Shown here piece after piece: positions 50,347 through 59,632 of a DNA stretch of 64,000 nt. Each line of letters starts with the position of its first letter. Position 1 is the first letter of the stretch. The notes under the pieces are model-generated. The model had not been told where the DNA came from and searched no databases. It was given only the letters and a program-made list of their open reading frames with translations. The DNA lies in NCBI GenBank assembly GCA_963775685.1, contig CAVZJV010000014.1:544001-608000 (forward strand). Reading direction: 5' to 3'. Position numbers and translations under genes: made by a program. The DNA comes from Candidatus Bathyarchaeota archaeon (lineage in GTDB: Archaea > Thermoproteota > Bathyarchaeia > Bathyarchaeales > Bathycorpusculaceae).

Positions 50347-51851
50347 GATGCATTTGCCGCCTTGGGTCTCTTCTTAACCATCGCTAAGATGTTGTAGGCA
50401 TAAGCAGCCGTATCTATCTGGTCTTTATGCTTGCCCGATGGAAAAAACTCCGCCTCATCTAGGAAAGCGCTGTTCCATTGGCCACGAACCAGATGCACGT
50501 GCCCACGCTCTGCAGCATTCGCCAACGGGGTAGCTCTGACAGCTTTCTCACCAGTGGGTGACTCACTGACAACAACGTACCCCAACAGGGTAGTGCGGCT
50601 AATGAGATCAATTAAGTTCTTTCCTGCTGAACCCTTTTCCTGCTCAATGTGAATAGGCATTGTTTGACCATCTAATTCTGCACAAGTCGCCATCTCGCTC
50701 TGGATCCTTGAAGGACTGCCACGAAAACGCCTTACATCCTCAATGTACATGTGCCCCTCAACCATAGCAGCTCTCAGAGCGCTTGTATAATCGGGGTCAG
50801 GCGCATCGCCCTCTTCAGTACAAGCTAAATCCCAAACCCGCACGCGTCTAGCCTTCTCGGGCACAGCTGAAGCATCAATAAGTAGGCGTTCTTTGCCGTT
50901 AACAAACCACTCTCGCTTAAGCATCCCAGATGAACTGACTTTCCAGCTACCCCGACGTAGCTGTTCTCGGGTAATAGGATCCAGCCGATTTAGGCTTTTT
51001 ATGTAACTTGTCTTATCGAGGAAAATGTTGTCATCCAAAGTTGAAGGAATAAAGACTCTCGGCTCACCGCTTTCCTCATCACAATTAAACTCAACATGAC
51101 TCTCAGAACTGCTGCATTCAGGGCAAATTGCGAGGTCTAAGTTTTCAGTCTGCATTTTAAAACCGCAGCGATGGCAAACAAACCAGGGCAAAAAATAACC
51201 CTTAACCCAATATCCCTGCACTACACTGCCGATCTTATGAGGTGGGTTGGAGGCAGCACGAACACGCAGGGGAAGCCATTGAAACCGTTTAAGCCTACGT
51301 ATGCGACTTATCATGTAACGATAAGAATACTCAGTGAACTGGGTGATCTCATCCCAACCCTCAAACTGGTACTCAGCACTTTGATGATGAAAGACATCCC
51401 GATCATTCTCCAAAAACCCAAAAGTCAAGGATGAACCGGACGGAAAATGCCACGTATGATTGATCCCATCCCAACGAGCAGAAGTCTTACCCCACCATTC
51501 AAAACTCCTCGAAATCAAAGCGCCAGGCTTATTGAGGTCTGTGAAGCTACGTCGAAGAATTATCGCCGCATACCCAGGGACATCCAGAAACATCGCGGCA
51601 GCCATAAGCAAAGCATCTGACTTTCCGCCTCCTGCCGCTCCGCCGAATAAAGCCTCCAAACAATCAAGCAACAGAAGAAACTTTGCCTGCTTAGGCGTCG
51701 GACCGCTCTTTCCCGTCACTGGGTGAGGGCGATTTGGAATCCAAGGATTCTGCATCACGTACTTTTGAAAGATTGCTGTTAAGAGTTGCAGCTTCCGATA
51801 TGACGCCGGCGTATTCTGTGAGGAGCACGTGTTGGGTTTTGTTAGCGACAT
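50343..51851 (-). CDS. terL: Terminase large subunit
   Basis: PTPKQ, GGAAGGGKS, WDE, ASNP, WDLA, HKDQID; start probably near 51758. Confidence 0.95.
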   Translation of the reverse strand: MSLTKPNTCSSQNTPASYRKLQLLTAIFQKYVMQNPWIPNRPHPVTGKSGPTPKQAKFLLLLDCLEALFGGAAGGGKSDALLMAAAMFLDVPGYAAIILRRSFTDLNKPGALISRSFEWWGKTSARWDGINHTWHFPSGSSLTFGFLENDRDVFHHQSAEYQFEGWDEITQFTEYSYRYMISRIRRLKRFQWLPLRVRAASNPPHKIGSVVQGYWVKGYFLPWFVCHRCGFKMQTENLDLAICPECSSSESHVEFNCDEESGEPRVFIPSTLDDNIFLDKTSYIKSLNRLDPITREQLRRGSWKVSSSGMLKREWFVNGKERLLIDASAVPEKARRVRVWDLACTEEGDAPDPDYTSALRAAMVEGHMYIEDVRRFRGSPSRIQSEMATCAELDGQTMPIHIEQEKGSAGKNLIDLISRTTLLGYVVVSESPTGEKAVRATPLANAAERGHVHLVRGQWNSAFLDEAEFFPSGKHKDQIDTAAYAYNILAMVKKRPKAANAS

Positions 51852-52341
51852 TCACTTCCACATTCACACTGGGTTCAACTTTTGCTCTAGGCAAAAAGCC
51901 AAGACTCTGATTGAGTTCAACCTCGACTTTAATGGAGTCAATGAAGCGAGCAATTGCCCCGACACGGGCATTGGGAACCTTGCAAGTCTTCATCAAATAA
52001 AGCGCCTCTTCACGAGCAAGCTGCAACATATTAAGCAGGTCCTTACCATCCTTATTCGCCTGCCAAGACTCCCAGATAAAAGGCTCCCAATTGCCTCGAT
52101 CAACCCAATCATTCAAAAGCGTCTTCTCTGTACACCCGAAATCAAGTGCCATTTGCTTTAGGGCAGCAGGATTAAGACGACCGCTATAATAGGTAACAAG
52201 CATCGTCTTACGCCTATGAAACAAAGGCAAAGTCATATGCACACAGGGAGGCTTTACCTGTTTATCCCCCCGCTGGTACTGTTGAGGCGAATTAAGGGGT
52301 TTTTTTCTTATCCCTAAAGCCTCTTCCATCGAAATCGACAA
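51691..52341 (-). CDS. Terminase small subunit (putative)
   Basis: HTH-like N-terminus, QSLGFLP, directly upstream of and overlapping TerL. Confidence 0.7.
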   Translation of the reverse strand: MSISMEEALGIRKKPLNSPQQYQRGDKQVKPPCVHMTLPLFHRRKTMLVTYYSGRLNPAALKQMALDFGCTEKTLLNDWVDRGNWEPFIWESWQANKDGKDLLNMLQLAREEALYLMKTCKVPNARVGAIARFIDSIKVEVELNQSLGFLPRAKVEPSVNVEVNVANKTQHVLLTEYAGVISEAATLNSNLSKVRDAESLDSKSPSPSDGKERSDA

Positions 52342-52354
52342 ACAGCTATACCTC

Positions 52355-52615
52355 TTAAGTCTGCAGCAATTCTGATGCTTTTCTAACAGAGCAAAGCACG
52401 TCTACGCCTTTTTGAGAAATGACATAGTGCTTGCGTGAAATTCCTCTGCAAATCTCTACTGTCGTGACTAAACCTTTCTGAATCAGGTCCTCAAGAAGCG
52501 GTTTGAGTACATTGCAGTTAACGTTAGTTTTATACATGATATGCGTTAGAATCTTTGGTGTTCGTACAACTTCCAAGATAGCTAAGGACTGTTCAAAAGT
52601 GGATCTTTTTCCCAT
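52355..52615 (-). CDS. Winged-HTH regulator (HTH_45-like)
   Basis: LTHIMYKTNVNCNVLKPLLEDLIQKGLV..YVISQKG. Confidence 0.85.
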   Translation of the reverse strand: MGKRSTFEQSLAILEVVRTPKILTHIMYKTNVNCNVLKPLLEDLIQKGLVTTVEICRGISRKHYVISQKGVDVLCSVRKASELLQT

Positions 52616-52640
52616 TTTTACTCTCTCCCTTTGGATTGTA

Positions 52641-52817
52641 TTATTGTTCAGTCTCTGCAGCCTTAGGGTTAGCTTGAATGATCAGTGTCATCGTTCGGAT
52701 TCGATTTTCTATAGCAGCGTTTATGTCTTCTAATAGAATCTGCTGCATCCAATCCGGCAACATAACGGCTCTGCTAAAGGTTCGCTTGATTTGTTCAATA
52801 AACTCTTCAGGTTCCAA
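52641..52817 (-). CDS. Small hypothetical protein (58 aa)
   Basis: TTG start after GGAGAGG; MEPEEFIEQIKR..LPDWMQQILLEDIN. Confidence 0.55.
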   Translation of the reverse strand: MEPEEFIEQIKRTFSRAVMLPDWMQQILLEDINAAIENRIRTMTLIIQANPKAAETEQ

Positions 52818-52833
52818 ACAATCCTCTCCTAGA

Positions 52834-53091
52834 TTAATGAGCTAAAGCGTAAGTTAACAGAAAAGTCACAACCGATGTGACGGCACCAATAGCGATAGGT
52901 TTTGCAAAACTTGTCCAACTCGCAGAAACCTTGCTCTTCTTTTGCAAATCCGTTATAGCTTTAACAATGCCGCCGTTTAAGCCAGTGCCATCCTCTCCCA
53001 AAAGGGCTAAATCTATACGGTCAATCTTGCGCTTGATTTCGGGGCAACTGGGACAGAGGCTATAATCGGGGTGTAACTCTTCAGGCATCAA
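52834..53091 (-). CDS. Coiled-coil + C-terminal TM viral protein
   Basis: ALLGEDGTGLNGGIV; terminal TM. Confidence 0.65.
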   Translation of the reverse strand: MMPEELHPDYSLCPSCPEIKRKIDRIDLALLGEDGTGLNGGIVKAITDLQKKSKVSASWTSFAKPIAIGAVTSVVTFLLTYALAH

Positions 53092-53365
53092 AAATTAACT
53101 CCTTTAATGGTCCAGTAAGAACTAAGCCTTGCTCAACGTTAGGAACAGCCTCAGATTCAGGCTGACCAAAAAGCTTTCCCAACTCGTCAGTAATGGAATT
53201 TATGTCAGTTCGACAAACAGTCTCGCCGATCAAGCGATCACGAAACTCAGTCTCCCTAATATATTGCCAAGCCGCCTTACGCTGAATCTTTATCGCTATG
53301 TAATCTTGCTCCCGCTGCCGCTGAGTAAATTTTCCCTGGAAAGTTCTTTTATGAGGCATAAACAT
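53081..53365 (-). CDS. Hypothetical viral protein
   Basis: First ORF of the packaging operon, overlaps the next gene. Confidence 0.55.
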   Translation of the reverse strand: MFMPHKRTFQGKFTQRQREQDYIAIKIQRKAAWQYIRETEFRDRLIGETVCRTDINSITDELGKLFGQPESEAVPNVEQGLVLTGPLKELIFDA

Positions 53366-53636
53366 ACCTTAACAAAATATGAATAATGACAAAAACCACT
53401 ACAAACCGTTCACGCTCCAACCAGGAGGCGAGGAAAATTAAACGCTAGCTTGCAAGAGGTTAAACCCGATACATTACACTAATAAGCGCTTGCTTTTAAG
53501 CAATTGCACGCAAGAATATTTGCCAAATAATTCAAAGTAATTTACATGTTCAAAGAAATATGTTAAGAAATTCGACATTAATTTTTCACTAATTACTTTT
53601 TCCAGCGATGTGATCTTCTAACCACGTATTTTTCGC

Positions 53637-54494
53637 TTAAAAAAGAGGGGGGTTAGGAAGTATCTGTCCCGTTGAGACATCAACTACACTAAATCCTATG
53701 GGTGGATGGGTCGGGTGACTAGCATTATTAACGATGATTTCCCATACATAGCTGTAAATGACTCCATCGCCATAGATAGTTGAGTAATCTGATGGAGGAT
53801 TTATCGGCGGATTGATTGACATTGAAACTGGCAAAGTGTTATTGTAAACATTAAAGTCGGTTACCGTCTGCCAACTATGAAAGTAAGCTCCAACAGTCAG
53901 TCCTCTAAGAGAAGTTTTGTTCCAATCATCAGCTTCCAATGCTATTTGCAGAGCCCGATACATTGAAACAGGTGGTGCAAATGAAGAGTTAACATTTGTT
54001 GAAGGTATTAATCCAAACTCATCATAGTAAGCCATAGAATCAAAATTCAATCCATTAATACGATTAAAATCGCTTTGAAGCATCGCAATCTGATTGTATT
54101 CATAGACTGCTATTGCTGTACTTGCAATCAATAGTGTCATAAGCAGAAGCGCAACTGTTTTAAGACCTGCCTTTTTTTGCCCCCTTCGTGTTCTTTCTTT
54201 TATGCTGCCTTGTGATGATGAATTCTCTACGGTTTGAACAGTAAGCAACGCATCTTTGCCTTCATCCGATAAGCAGTACTTGCCATATTCCCCTGTTTTT
54301 ATCAAGCCATTGAGTTTAGTTAAGTGATGCTGCAGGTGTCCACTACTTTCAATGCCTACTTTCTTCTTTAAGTCTGCAAATCCCAAAGAACCTTCACTTA
54401 AAACCTTAAGAATTTGAATGCGTGTTGGGTGACCAAGTGCATCAAATACTTCTGCCCTTTGCCTGTCATACTCAACTTGACTTTGGTCTTCCAC
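53637..54494 (-). CDS. ArsR-type HTH + TM + extracellular domain regulator
   Basis: VFDALGHPTRIQILKVL..GHLQHHL; central TM. Confidence 0.85.
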   Translation of the reverse strand: MEDQSQVEYDRQRAEVFDALGHPTRIQILKVLSEGSLGFADLKKKVGIESSGHLQHHLTKLNGLIKTGEYGKYCLSDEGKDALLTVQTVENSSSQGSIKERTRRGQKKAGLKTVALLLMTLLIASTAIAVYEYNQIAMLQSDFNRINGLNFDSMAYYDEFGLIPSTNVNSSFAPPVSMYRALQIALEADDWNKTSLRGLTVGAYFHSWQTVTDFNVYNNTLPVSMSINPPINPPSDYSTIYGDGVIYSYVWEIIVNNASHPTHPPIGFSVVDVSTGQILPNPPLF

Positions 54495-54577
54495 GCTCTC
54501 TCCCTAAACAGGTCAATATTCATTGGCATATTTAATCCCTCTTTCGTAGACCTCCTAAAGAAGCCTGTTTCTATTTG

Positions 54578-54593
54578 GTCCAGATTTCTGGAC
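54578..54593. promoter_or_regulatory. Palindromic operator GTCCAGA-TT-TCTGGAC
   Basis: Perfect 7-bp arms between the divergent regulator and the NosD gene. Confidence 0.65.
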
Positions 54594-54683
54594 AAGCACT
54601 GCTCCCTTCCATTAGGTGCATAGTCAAAGTTTCTTGACGAAAATATCTATAAGACACCGAATTTGGTTCATATATAGAGTCAA

Positions 54684-55784
54684 ATGAGAGCCCTACTAAC
54701 AGTCATTACAATATGCTTGATCGCTTCCATCTCAATTATTATGTTGCCTGTGAGCGCTGATTCCAGAATCATTATTGTTCCAGACAATTACACTTCTATC
54801 CAAGAAGCGATAAACCATGCATCAGCTGGAGACACCGTTTTAATAAAGAAAGGCGTTTACGTCGAAAACCCAATAATCAACAAGACCATCTCATTAGTTG
54901 GCGAAGATAGGGACGCAACTGTGATTGATGTGACAGCAGGTCTTAAGGTGCAAAGTAATAATGTTAACATAACCGGCTTGACGATATATGATGGTTATAA
55001 CGGAATAACAGTATCTTCGAATTCATGCAGGCTTTCAGGGAATAAGATTTCAGATTCTCAGGTCGGCATAGCTTTGCTTAGTGCTTATGATAATGTCGTA
55101 GCTGAAAACACATTCCAATCTATTGGACTCTCAGCTGCCATTCAACTAAGCTACTCCAACAACAATCTCATACAATATAATTACATTAATTCATGCACTG
55201 AGGGAATTCAGCTCAGAGAGGGTAGTTCAAACAATACAGTAGTCGATAATATCGTAACTGACTGTCAAGATGTAGCTATCCGATTGTTAGGGTCCGGTGT
55301 TGGCAAAAAATGGTATGGTCCAGACAGCAACACAATAATGCAAAACAACATCTCATATTCAGGATGCGGAACAACCATTTATGGTGCCAATGGAAACATA
55401 ATATCTAACAATAATTATGTTAACAACACCGTTCAATTTTCAGCCAATGAAGACTATTATCTAATATGGGGCGGCAGCCGCTCAATAAACACTATCAATA
55501 GAAACTATTGGAGCGACTACAACGGAACAGATGCTAATAAGGACGGCGTCGGTGACACCCCATACATCATAGACGAATATAATAAAGACAACAATCCTCT
55601 CATGTCACCAATCCCAATTACTTTACCTAATTACGGTCCAACTGCATCTCCTTCAGTTCCTGAGCTATCATGGTTGATTATTGTGCCTTTGCTGCTTGTT
55701 TTGTTCTTTATTGCCTCGATAGTTAGGCATCGAAAAAACAGAAATCAAGCTACATTGTGTTCCAGCTTTGGAACAGCCTCTTAA
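54684..55784 (+). CDS. NosD/pectin-lyase-like beta-helix surface protein
   Basis: VPDNYTSIQEAIN, parallel beta-helix repeats, NYWSDYNG..GDTPY, VPE + TM. Confidence 0.9.
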   Translation: MRALLTVITICLIASISIIMLPVSADSRIIIVPDNYTSIQEAINHASAGDTVLIKKGVYVENPIINKTISLVGEDRDATVIDVTAGLKVQSNNVNITGLTIYDGYNGITVSSNSCRLSGNKISDSQVGIALLSAYDNVVAENTFQSIGLSAAIQLSYSNNNLIQYNYINSCTEGIQLREGSSNNTVVDNIVTDCQDVAIRLLGSGVGKKWYGPDSNTIMQNNISYSGCGTTIYGANGNIISNNNYVNNTVQFSANEDYYLIWGGSRSINTINRNYWSDYNGTDANKDGVGDTPYIIDEYNKDNNPLMSPIPITLPNYGPTASPSVPELSWLIIVPLLLVLFFIASIVRHRKNRNQATLCSSFGTAS

Positions 55785-55845
55785 TCAGATGTTCCATCAA
55801 TAGAACTAAAAGATAATTAACAAATACTATCTTGGGAGCAACGCT

Positions 55846-56466
55846 ATGAAGAGACTAATGATGGCTTCTGGAATTATAATCCTTATCGTCGGTATTCTGT
55901 TAGCTGCAATAACTGTTGTTTCCCTTCCAGAAAACAAGACTGAAGCATACCAAGTTCCAAAATCAATAGTTATTGTAGACCGCTTTGGTCTTTTAGGACC
56001 AACTTTTGGGGTTACAAATCCAACAGCAGATTGGGGTGATGGATTTACCTTCAATAAAGGGGATTATCTAAAAATTCAGGTCAATGTAACTTCTGTTAAG
56101 AGCATTAGCTTCTTCGTTGATGATGGAAGAAAGGGCTTAAACAGCAATCTCGATTCAACTATCTATCTGTCTTATCCGAATATTACCAAGGTAAACATTG
56201 ATTGGGTAGTTCCTAAGAATTCAAGCTACAACTTTGTTTTCAGTAGTTCAGGGACAGTTGCTGCGAGCGATGTACATTGGCAAATAGTGAAGCTATGGAA
56301 TGAAACCGATTATAGAACTGTAACCCAAAATGTTCCTTTGCTCCCCTTGCCAATGCTTTATGTTGGGGTAGGCATTGCTTTGTCTGGATTGGCAATTATG
56401 GTATATGTAATAATAAAAAACTTAGTAAGGGAGACCTTTCCTCAAGCCAGTGTAATTGAGCGCTAA
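55846..56466 (+). CDS. Membrane protein with extracellular beta domain
   Basis: N- and C-terminal TM helices. Confidence 0.75.
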   Translation: MKRLMMASGIIILIVGILLAAITVVSLPENKTEAYQVPKSIVIVDRFGLLGPTFGVTNPTADWGDGFTFNKGDYLKIQVNVTSVKSISFFVDDGRKGLNSNLDSTIYLSYPNITKVNIDWVVPKNSSYNFVFSSSGTVAASDVHWQIVKLWNETDYRTVTQNVPLLPLPMLYVGVGIALSGLAIMVYVIIKNLVRETFPQASVIER

Positions 56467-56467
56467 A

Positions 56468-56611
56468 TTATTTTAGTTTTGAAGTATCTCTCCTGCTTGC
56501 AATGGCTCCCTTGGGGCTGAGAATGAAGCGGCCAAAGCATTCTTTGCAGTAGCCTGTCTTGTTTTGGTTTGAGAGTTTGCGTCCACATTTGCCTTTGCAG
56601 TAATTTGGCAC
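56468..56611 (-). CDS. Small zinc-finger protein (47 aa)
   Basis: MPNYCKGKCGRKLSNQNKTGYCKEC; GTG overlaps the GNAT stop. Confidence 0.55.
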   Translation of the reverse strand: MPNYCKGKCGRKLSNQNKTGYCKECFGRFILSPKGAIASRRDTSKLK

Positions 56612-57093
56612 TATAAACCTCCAGATTTCTGTTTAGGTATGTATTGTAGGGTTACGCTTAGGCGTCGTTTGCTGTTGCTCTTGGTGAGTTCTGAGTTGAT
56701 TCTTGTATCTTCGCTTCCTGCTGTGCCATGCCCAACACGCTTGACACGCCAGTTTCCCATGTTGCCTCGGACAAGCTGAGGATTTGAAGTAACCAAGTAG
56801 AAAGGGAGGTTGATTTGGGAAGTGTAGAGCTCAGCGACGAAGTTTAGTAGTCGTTTGCCTAAGCCTATGCCTTGGTAATCGGGCAAAACCACCAGGCGGC
56901 TAACTCGGAAGTAATTGGCCTTCATCTTTGTGTGGACTATGGCTATGAAGGCTACGGGTTTTTGGTTGTAGAAGGCGGAGTAGCATCGGACTCCGGCACC
57001 GAGCTTTCCATTCAGATAGTGATATTGCCGAAAACTCTTCCACATGGAATTGCCGCACCGGTAAACTTGGAGCTCAACGGGCGGCCGACTTCT
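56611..57093 (-). CDS. GNAT (Mom-like) acetyltransferase, probably fused to the ABC ATPase by -1 frameshift
   Basis: RPPVELQVYRC..WKSFRQYHYL..SRLVVLPDYQGIGLG; frame open from the A7 run, upstream of ATG 57045. Confidence 0.8.
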   Translation of the reverse strand, partial: RSRPPVELQVYRCGNSMWKSFRQYHYLNGKLGAGVRCYSAFYNQKPVAFIAIVHTKMKANYFRVSRLVVLPDYQGIGLGKRLLNFVAELYTSQINLPFYLVTSNPQLVRGNMGNWRVKRVGHGTAGSEDTRINSELTKSNSKRRLSVTLQYIPKQKSGGL

Positions 57094-57695
57094 TTTTTTC
57101 GACTAAACTCCATCGTGTCAGTGTTGAAAACCCAATCGACTTCCAGCCAGTCGATGACGTCAAAGTGGCAAGTTACGGCAATGAACTGCTTTCCAGGTTG
57201 GGCACGAACCGCCTTGCTGATAGCGTAAGATCCGATTTTAGCAACTTCACGGTCCACGACACTGGTAAATTCGTCGAAGACTATGCGTTTCTGGGGTAGG
57301 CATAGTGCTCTTGCGACGTCAACTCTCATCTTCTCGCCCTGGCTAAGACAACTGTAAGCCTTTAGCCAATCTGGTGGAGAAGCAAACCCGACACTGCAGA
57401 GCATGCGAGTAATTTCTGATGTGCTGAGTTCTTGGGGAAAGTCGTCGAGGATGCATTTGCCCTGGTAATCAAAGCTTGTGATGTACTCGTTGGGAAACAG
57501 TTTTTTTGCGATGCTGCTCTTGCCAGATCCGCTGCGGCCAACGATTATGCCTACCTGCCAATCATCCCCTTCAATGGGTAAAGATCCCTTGAAGTGCTTC
57601 TGCAGCTTAACATCGTTTAGCGTGAAGCTTCCAATGACGCTTTGAGCTCGAAAACTATCAGGCTCATTCCAAGAATTATAGAAGTCAAAGTCCAT
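57012..57695 (-). CDS. ABC-type ATPase of viral DNA-modification module
   Basis: GRSGSGKS, LSQGEK, FDEFTSVVDR, VTCH. Confidence 0.9.
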   Translation of the reverse strand: MDFDFYNSWNEPDSFRAQSVIGSFTLNDVKLQKHFKGSLPIEGDDWQVGIIVGRSGSGKSSIAKKLFPNEYITSFDYQGKCILDDFPQELSTSEITRMLCSVGFASPPDWLKAYSCLSQGEKMRVDVARALCLPQKRIVFDEFTSVVDREVAKIGSYAISKAVRAQPGKQFIAVTCHFDVIDWLEVDWVFNTDTMEFSRKKEVGRPLSSKFTGAAIPCGRVFGNITI

Positions 57696-58282
57696 TAGAG
57701 ATTCAACACCCTCACAGCATACCCCTGAGCAGTTAATTGGTCAAATTTGGCTCTCTGGTCAGATTCATCTTTGCACTCAATAACCAGCTCGTAACTTTCA
57801 GGAATCAACAAAGAACCCTCACGAGGTCCCCCTAGATCTTCAGGAATTCTCTCGCCAATCGCCATCAAAAGTGCCTGCAAATCTTCTTTTTCTCCAGCTT
57901 CGATTATGCGCTTGTAATCAGCTTCGTCAAGCTCTCTGTTATGCTTACCCCTAAGCTTGTTAAGAGTCTGGCGTAGCAGCCTCCGCTGAGAATCCGAGAG
58001 AGCAAGCCTAAGAACCGGCGCAAAAAACTCCCCATGATCCTTGCAAACCTGAACACGTTGTTCCCCATCCCCAAAAACCCCCTTCAAATCGGTAACAATG
58101 GGGTAGATCCAGCCGTGCTTTTGCAGGCTTTTCCAAACCTGTTCTTTCTGTTTATTAGTCATTTTGTTAGGGTTGGTTTCGTCGCTTCTAAGTTGCCGGA
58201 TGTCTTGCAAGAGATCTTGGTAAGCATTCGGAACCTTCAGATTGGTTTTCTTTTCGGGATTTTCCAAATTTGTCAACTCCAT
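57695..58282 (-). CDS. ParB/Srx-like N-terminal domain protein
   Basis: NPNKM..SLQKHGWIYPIV..DGEQR..LNKLRG. Confidence 0.85.
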   Translation of the reverse strand: MELTNLENPEKKTNLKVPNAYQDLLQDIRQLRSDETNPNKMTNKQKEQVWKSLQKHGWIYPIVTDLKGVFGDGEQRVQVCKDHGEFFAPVLRLALSDSQRRLLRQTLNKLRGKHNRELDEADYKRIIEAGEKEDLQALLMAIGERIPEDLGGPREGSLLIPESYELVIECKDESDQRAKFDQLTAQGYAVRVLNL

Positions 58283-58287
58283 TACCG

Positions 58288-59244
58288 TTACCTGATGTAT
58301 TTGTCGGGATCTTTCTGCCCTTCCCCAATATCCTGAGGACCCTGAAAATCGCCAAGCTTACCCAAAACATCATTTAAGCGATTGAGAGCTCCAAACATCG
58401 CTTCGTTTAGACGTTCAAGCTGCAAAAGCCTACTGTTAGTGTACTTTAGTGCTTCAGTATTGCGTTTGACCTCTTCTCGAAGCTCAACCGCATGCTGAGA
58501 TCTCTCCGTGTCAGCAAACCCCTTGGATATTGCTTGTTCAAACCGGTTTACGCTCATGGGCTTTGTAATCTTGCGTTCCTTGCGCACAAGGGATTCCTCT
58601 TTTTGATACACCCGCTCAACCATCCCATAGAGATCAACTTTGGTAATGCATTGAACACCATCCAATCTGATGCCATGATAGTCTTTGTTGCACTCAAAAG
58701 TTAAAATCTCCAAATCATTAAGCTGAAAACCTAAACGATCGTTGACTAGATCAAACCAACGGTTAAGCGCCAACAGACACGCATCATGACTCATACCGCC
58801 AACGTCACAAGCGAGATAACCGCTAATTTTGCGCCGCTCCGAACCAAAACAAACATGAATCTTCACTCCCCCAACAAACTCATCCATCTCCCAATGCTTC
58901 ACATCCTGGCAAACAAAACTGCGCAAACTAATGTTATGCACAGAGAGCGGCACGAACCGCACCCCGTAGGTGATTTTGTTACAGTATGCTCCCGGATAAG
59001 GCTGAATGATCAAGCCTTTTTGCAGCAATTTGGAGCAGAAAAAGCGAACCGTCGAATACTGACCAGGTGTTGGCTTGCGTGGAGCATGGATTTTTCGAGC
59101 TATCTCACAAGGTTTTAGTTCAACTTCGGAAGCATCGATAATCTGATATGTTAGTGCTTCTATGCCTCTGGGCTTTGAGGAGTGCCAACTGTTGCAACAC
59201 CTGTTGGTAGGGGTGTTGGCGGTGTTATCGGATGCTAAAACCAA
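58288..59244 (-). CDS. Winged-HTH + putative replication-initiator-like protein
   Basis: N-terminal wHTH; FECNKD, RVYQKE, VRKE; C-terminal coiled coil. Confidence 0.55.
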   Translation of the reverse strand: MVLASDNTANTPTNRCCNSWHSSKPRGIEALTYQIIDASEVELKPCEIARKIHAPRKPTPGQYSTVRFFCSKLLQKGLIIQPYPGAYCNKITYGVRFVPLSVHNISLRSFVCQDVKHWEMDEFVGGVKIHVCFGSERRKISGYLACDVGGMSHDACLLALNRWFDLVNDRLGFQLNDLEILTFECNKDYHGIRLDGVQCITKVDLYGMVERVYQKEESLVRKERKITKPMSVNRFEQAISKGFADTERSQHAVELREEVKRNTEALKYTNSRLLQLERLNEAMFGALNRLNDVLGKLGDFQGPQDIGEGQKDPDKYIR

Positions 59245-59266
59245 AAAACGCAGCTCCTAAAATTGC

Positions 59267-59632
59267 TCAACTTGAGCTTTTAACTTCTCTAATCTTAACA
59301 TAATAGCGCATCATCTGCAGAGTAGCCTTCTTGAATCGAGGACTCAAAATCCCCATTTTCTCTAAACCATATTTTTTTAGCAATGTCTTAGCGGCAGTCT
59401 TCTCCTCGTCAGAATAGCTTGGGGCACTATAGCTGCTATACAGGTTAGGCGCCCATCGAACTAGCTTATCTGCAATCTCAAGTAGCGTCTTTTTTGCAGG
59501 AGCACCAACCGACTGCTCCTCTAGTGCAGCCTGCTCAAGTAAAGGCTGAAGAATGTTCAGAGGACCCATACGAAAGTGACCCAATCTAGGGACCTCCTGA
59601 ATTATCATCAGGCAGAATTGCTTCAGCGTCAA
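59267..59632 (-). CDS. Hypothetical viral protein
   Basis: Fills the gap in a co-oriented operon; start uncertain. Confidence 0.55.
   Translation of the reverse strand: MTLKQFCLMIIQEVPRLGHFRMGPLNILQPLLEQAALEEQSVGAPAKKTLLEIADKLVRWAPNLYSSYSAPSYSDEEKTAAKTLLKKYGLEKMGILSPRFKKATLQMMRYYVKIREVKSSS

Noticed and set aside
51070-51190. Intein in TerL
   Set aside because: Insert is only ~40 aa, Cys-rich and lacks splicing motifs
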